IMG/VR virus record: IMGVR_UViG_3300002220_000771 | Length of the DNA stretch: 20,000 nt | Source of the DNA: an uncultured virus (IMG/VR IMGVR_UViG_3300002220_000771) | Lineage: Duplodnaviria; Heunggongvirae; Uroviricota; Caudoviricetes | Direction: 5' to 3' (one strand) | Shown: positions 16,805 to 20,000 of the stretch, one piece after another | How the letters are laid out: every line of letters starts with the position of its first letter | Position numbering within the stretch: position 1 is the first letter of the stretch | Notes under the pieces: model-generated | Told to the model about the DNA's origin: nothing | Database searches by the model: none | What the model saw: the letters and a program-made list of their open reading frames with translations, nothing else | Made by a program: the position numbers and the translations under genes

Positions 16805-17335
16805 ATGGAAGTAATTGAAAAAAATATGTGGGACTATTTGGGCATTGCTGATGTTATATGTATTACTTCAAATGGCTTTGTAAAAAGTAGCGGAAGGGCT
16901 GTTATGGGTAGAGGTTGTGCACTTGAGGCTAAAAATCGTTTTAAAGATATTGATTTGGCACTAGGATATCATATAGAAGAATATGGTAATGTGCCAGGTA
17001 TTATACATAAGTATGGAAAAACTAATATAGTATCATTTCCAGTAAAACGAATCTCTTTAATATATGATAATTTGACTGAAAATAAATTAGTAGGGCACAT
17101 GAAAAAAAGATTTAAGTTAGGAGATAGAGTTCCTGGTTGGGCATTAAAAGCAGAATTATTAATTATTGAATTATCTGCTAGATTATTAAGAAGTATGATA
17201 GATAGGAATAAGTGGGAAACGGTTATAATTACTAAACCTGGATGTATGAATGGTGAGTTGAATTGGGAAGATGTCGAACCAATACTTGATATGTATTTGA
17301 AAGATAAGGTAATTTGTGTTGAGAAAATTAAGTAA
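16805..17335 (+). CDS. Macrodomain protein (DarG/TARG1-like)
   Basis: ITSN...VMGRGCAL..K.RF, SFPVK and PGCMNGELNW..V follow the DarG/TARG1 pattern (VMG.G.A, FPTK, GCG.GGL.W). Confidence 0.8.
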   Translation: MEVIEKNMWDYLGIADVICITSNGFVKSSGRAVMGRGCALEAKNRFKDIDLALGYHIEEYGNVPGIIHKYGKTNIVSFPVKRISLIYDNLTENKLVGHMKKRFKLGDRVPGWALKAELLIIELSARLLRSMIDRNKWETVIITKPGCMNGELNWEDVEPILDMYLKDKVICVEKIK

Positions 17336-17498
17336 AATATTTAAAATTTGTGTTTTTTCTAAATTCTAGAAGTTCATTATAAAGTTGTTTAATTTTTATA
17401 TAATCTTCTTCATCAATAGTAGCAGTAGTGTATAATGCAGTATATAAACCAGAAATTGCCTGATTTATTCCTTGCTTAAAAAGTATTGGTTGTATCAT
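17328..17498 (-). CDS. Small hypothetical protein (56 aa; not in ORF track)
   Basis: MIQPILFKQGINQAISGLY...KYFT; fills the gap downstream of the RimK-like gene; the RBS is rather distant. Confidence 0.45.
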   Translation of the reverse strand: MIQPILFKQGINQAISGLYTALYTTATIDEEDYIKIKQLYNELLEFRKNTNFKYFT

Positions 17499-18903
17499 TA
17501 AAATTTATTTGATCCCCCTTTTTAATATCTTCTCCACCTTTAATTGATACAACATATTTTCTAGCAGGATTTATAATAAGACCAGCCATTTTGATAAAAG
17601 TTCTGTTCATTAATATTTGTGTTAAACCATCTCTATTTGAGATTGCGAATTTAATATCTTTATAAAGTGTTCCATTGAAAGTTACGTCTAATAGTATGAC
17701 TGGCCTTTCTTCAAATTTATTTTGCAAACCGCCACGTTTAAAATTTTTAATAGTTTCTAATTTATGTTCATATGATTTTCCATTATGTATCCATGTTACA
17801 TAATCATCTTTAATTGACCATTTATCGGCGTGAATTACACAATATGAACTATTTCCTGTATCCATTTTAGCATCATAATTACCTAATAATTCAATATTTA
17901 TATTTTCTATATATCCGCACTCTATAGGTTTTATTCTCCAATGATCTTTATCTAAAATATAATCAAGAACCATATCAACAATAGGTTTTCCAGTAGCCTT
18001 CATTATTCCTTCTGTACCAGGACTTGAATTTACTTCTATAACATATAAATTACCTTCATTGTCTTCCATCATATCAACGCCAGCCCATATAGCACCCACG
18101 GCTTTGGCTGCTAAAATAGCAATATCTTCTTGTTCTTCAGTAAGTGTGGTTTTTTCTACTTTTCCGCCTAATGAATAATTTGAACGAAAATCTTTTTTGA
18201 TTTTAAATCTTTTCATTGCTGCTATTACTTTATTTCCTAAAACATGAATTCTCATATCATAGTCAGCATTAATAAATTCTTGTAAAATAACCTCTGTATC
18301 CGGATTGATTTTCCATATTGTTTGTAGGGTACTTTTCATTCCTTCCCAACTATCTGCTTGAAATACACCAATACCTTTAGAGCCAGTAAGTGTTTTCAAA
18401 ACACATGGAAATTTTCCTCCTATTCTTTCAAATGCATTTTCAAGACCACGAATATCAGTTACTAGTGCTGTTTTTGGAGCCGGAACACCTACATCGGCAA
18501 TCTTTAAAATTGTTCTATACTTATCAGAACATTCTTCTATTGTTTGTCTATTGTTGACACAGAAAATATCATTTTTTTCAAGTTGTGATAATAAATCAAG
18601 ACTAGATTTTAAACGCATAATACTGCCTCTTACTAAACAAACAGTATTACTTTTATGAATTTGAAATCCTTTTTTGTCATTGACATTATGAATGAAAATG
18701 TTATTATCATCATCTCTATCAATATACGCATTTTCAGCAAATACAATATAATAAGGTATATTTCTTTTTTTACAAGTATTTTTTATAATTTTGGCTGTTT
18801 TGAATAATCCTTCTTCTTCATCACCACCATCTTTATGACTAGTAAGAATTATAATCTTTATAATATTTTCCGAGTTTTCTATAATGTAATTATTTAAACG
18901 CAT
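17476..18903 (-). CDS. RimK-family ATP-grasp ligase fused to a retropepsin-like (RimB/DUF785-type) aspartic protease
   Basis: DKY, P.PKT, K...GSKGIGV, QEFI..D.R, FRSN..LGG, AGVD, IEVNSSPG; C-terminal domain G..E, AKMDTGN....IHA, E.RP, L.NR. Confidence 0.88.
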   Translation of the reverse strand: MRLNNYIIENSENIIKIIILTSHKDGGDEEEGLFKTAKIIKNTCKKRNIPYYIVFAENAYIDRDDDNNIFIHNVNDKKGFQIHKSNTVCLVRGSIMRLKSSLDLLSQLEKNDIFCVNNRQTIEECSDKYRTILKIADVGVPAPKTALVTDIRGLENAFERIGGKFPCVLKTLTGSKGIGVFQADSWEGMKSTLQTIWKINPDTEVILQEFINADYDMRIHVLGNKVIAAMKRFKIKKDFRSNYSLGGKVEKTTLTEEQEDIAILAAKAVGAIWAGVDMMEDNEGNLYVIEVNSSPGTEGIMKATGKPIVDMVLDYILDKDHWRIKPIECGYIENINIELLGNYDAKMDTGNSSYCVIHADKWSIKDDYVTWIHNGKSYEHKLETIKNFKRGGLQNKFEERPVILLDVTFNGTLYKDIKFAISNRDGLTQILMNRTFIKMAGLIINPARKYVVSIKGGEDIKKGDQINFNDTTNTF

Positions 18904-18919
18904 TTCTCTAGTCCTAATT

Positions 18920-18958
18920 AAATAAAAATTACCCAGTGAGAATTATATTCTCACTGGG
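18920..18958 (-). terminator. Intrinsic terminator
   Basis: Perfect 12-bp stem CCCAGTGAGAAT / ATTCTCACTGGG (18932-18958), followed on the minus strand by TAATTTTTATTT. Confidence 0.8.
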
Positions 18959-18967
18959 GAAATCTTA

Positions 18968-19135
18968 TTATGCACCTTCAAGTGATTTACCTGAAAGCCA
19001 GTCTGGAATGTTTTTAAGAGCTTCTTTGATTTCGTCACTTGCACTCTGTGGTTCACTTTCTAACTGAACCAAAAGAGCATCAACAGTCGCTTTGATAAGA
19101 AGCAATCCGCTTTTAAGTTCTGCTACATTTGCCAT
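18968..19135 (-). CDS. Small protein (55 aa; not in ORF track)
   Basis: MANVAELKSGLLLIKATVDALLVQLESEPQSASDEIKEALKNIPDWLSGKSLEGA; AAGGAGGT RBS, tandem TAA TAA stops, terminator directly downstream. Confidence 0.8.
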   Translation of the reverse strand: MANVAELKSGLLLIKATVDALLVQLESEPQSASDEIKEALKNIPDWLSGKSLEGA

Positions 19136-19189
19136 ATGACATTTACCTCCTTTTAAAATAAGAAATATTTAAACAATGTTCTTTTTATA

Positions 19190-19197
19190 TATTTATA
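19190..19197 (-). promoter_or_regulatory. Putative T4-type late promoter
   Basis: TATAAATA on the minus strand, in the intergenic gap upstream of the 55-aa gene. Confidence 0.55.
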
Positions 19198-19228
19198 ATA
19201 TTTTTATTAATTTGTAAATTTATTTTCA

Positions 19229-19786
19229 TTATCCCATTTCCTCAACATCATCATAATCATATTTAGATTTTTCCATGAATACCATACCCCATTTTTGTAT
19301 CTTTTTACCATTATCATCCCATCCATGCCATCTTGAATTCAATCCACTATAAGATAAAAATACTCGTTTTATAGAAATTGGATCTGCAAAATATAATCTT
19401 TTTTCATCATATCCTATGCAAACGGTATAATGACCTTGATCCCATTCATTTTTCCAATTTGGATTATCAGATTTTGTCCAGGCTTGTATCATAAGTAAAA
19501 TAGGCCAACCATTATCTATAAATTCTTTTAATTTACCTATATTAAAATGTCCTTCTTCAAACTTTATATTATATTTTTTAGCAACTTTTTTCAATCCCTC
19601 TATCGGCGTTCCTATTTCTGAATTAGAACCAGCAATATCCATAATTTCCTTTTCATTTACATCATTTCCAAAATATGCTAAAACCATATTCATAGCAGTA
19701 CTACCACAACTCCATTCATAGTTTTGTCTAAATCCAGGAAATTGTAATACTTTAGCTGTTTTTAAATATCTTTCAAGTCTTGACAT
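19229..19786 (-). CDS. C39-like cysteine peptidase
   Basis: Q....SCG...L.YFG, GT, GHYTVCIGYD....ADP: oxyanion Gln plus Cys-His-Asp triad. Confidence 0.88.
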   Translation of the reverse strand: MSRLERYLKTAKVLQFPGFRQNYEWSCGSTAMNMVLAYFGNDVNEKEIMDIAGSNSEIGTPIEGLKKVAKKYNIKFEEGHFNIGKLKEFIDNGWPILLMIQAWTKSDNPNWKNEWDQGHYTVCIGYDEKRLYFADPISIKRVFLSYSGLNSRWHGWDDNGKKIQKWGMVFMEKSKYDYDDVEEMG

Positions 19787-19789
19787 TAG

Positions 19790-20000
19790 TTATCCTTTAT
19801 AATATTTACAAATACCAATAGGTGATACAGGAACATTTGTTTGTACATCATTTGAACTGCAATAATATAACATAGATAAATCATTTTTATCTATTTTACA
19901 ATATTGACAGGTAAAGCAACATTTTAAATTATCTTGAACTTTATATTTAATTTCTCTGGAAATATATATAGACATTCCTTCATTCAAATATTTGTTAAGT
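19790..20000 (-). CDS. Small Cys-rich protein, 5'-truncated at the window edge
   Basis: Frame open to the edge (...LNKYLNEGMSIY...); CCFTCQYC...C...ICKYY. Confidence 0.6.
   Translation of the reverse strand, partial: LNKYLNEGMSIYISREIKYKVQDNLKCCFTCQYCKIDKNDLSMLYYCSSNDVQTNVPVSPIGICKYYKG

Noticed and set aside
18968..19135. 55-aa peptide as a LysW-type amino-group carrier for the ATP-grasp enzyme
   Set aside because: No zinc-finger cysteines and no C-terminal EDWGE motif
1..20000. Stop-codon recoding, tRNAs, CRISPR arrays
   Set aside because: Genes are full length under the standard code, with TAA, TGA and TAG all used as stops; no cloverleaf or spaced repeat array was seen, and intergenic gaps are short

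Overview
AT-rich, gene-dense fragment of a large T4-like (Tevenvirinae-related or jumbo-type) dsDNA bacteriophage, read in the standard genetic code with sigma70-type promoters and Shine-Dalgarno sites. The core is a replication, recombination and nucleotide-metabolism region: UvsW helicase, UvsY, gp41-type replicative helicase, dUTPase, MazG-like protein, family-4 uracil-DNA glycosylase and a gp43-type family B DNA polymerase. The gp41 gene is fractured into two ORFs carrying the halves of a gp41-1-like split intein, with a free-standing Vsr-like homing endonuclease between them. This intein appears charge-inverted (basic IntN, very acidic IntC) and ends in Lys-Asn rather than His-Asn. Accessory genes include a DruA/DUF4338-like protein, a GIY-YIG endonuclease, a PD-(D/E)xK nuclease, two paralogous small proteins (one very acidic) and a DarG/TARG1-like macrodomain. 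Both flanks encode enzymes (Nudix, a putative ADP-ribosyltransferase-like protein, a RimK-retropepsin fusion, a C39 peptidase) that share an N-terminal M-(S)-[RK]-L-x-x-[YF]-[LI]-x-E leader resembling T4 capsid-targeting sequences. All assignments come from motif recognition by eye; no database searches were run.
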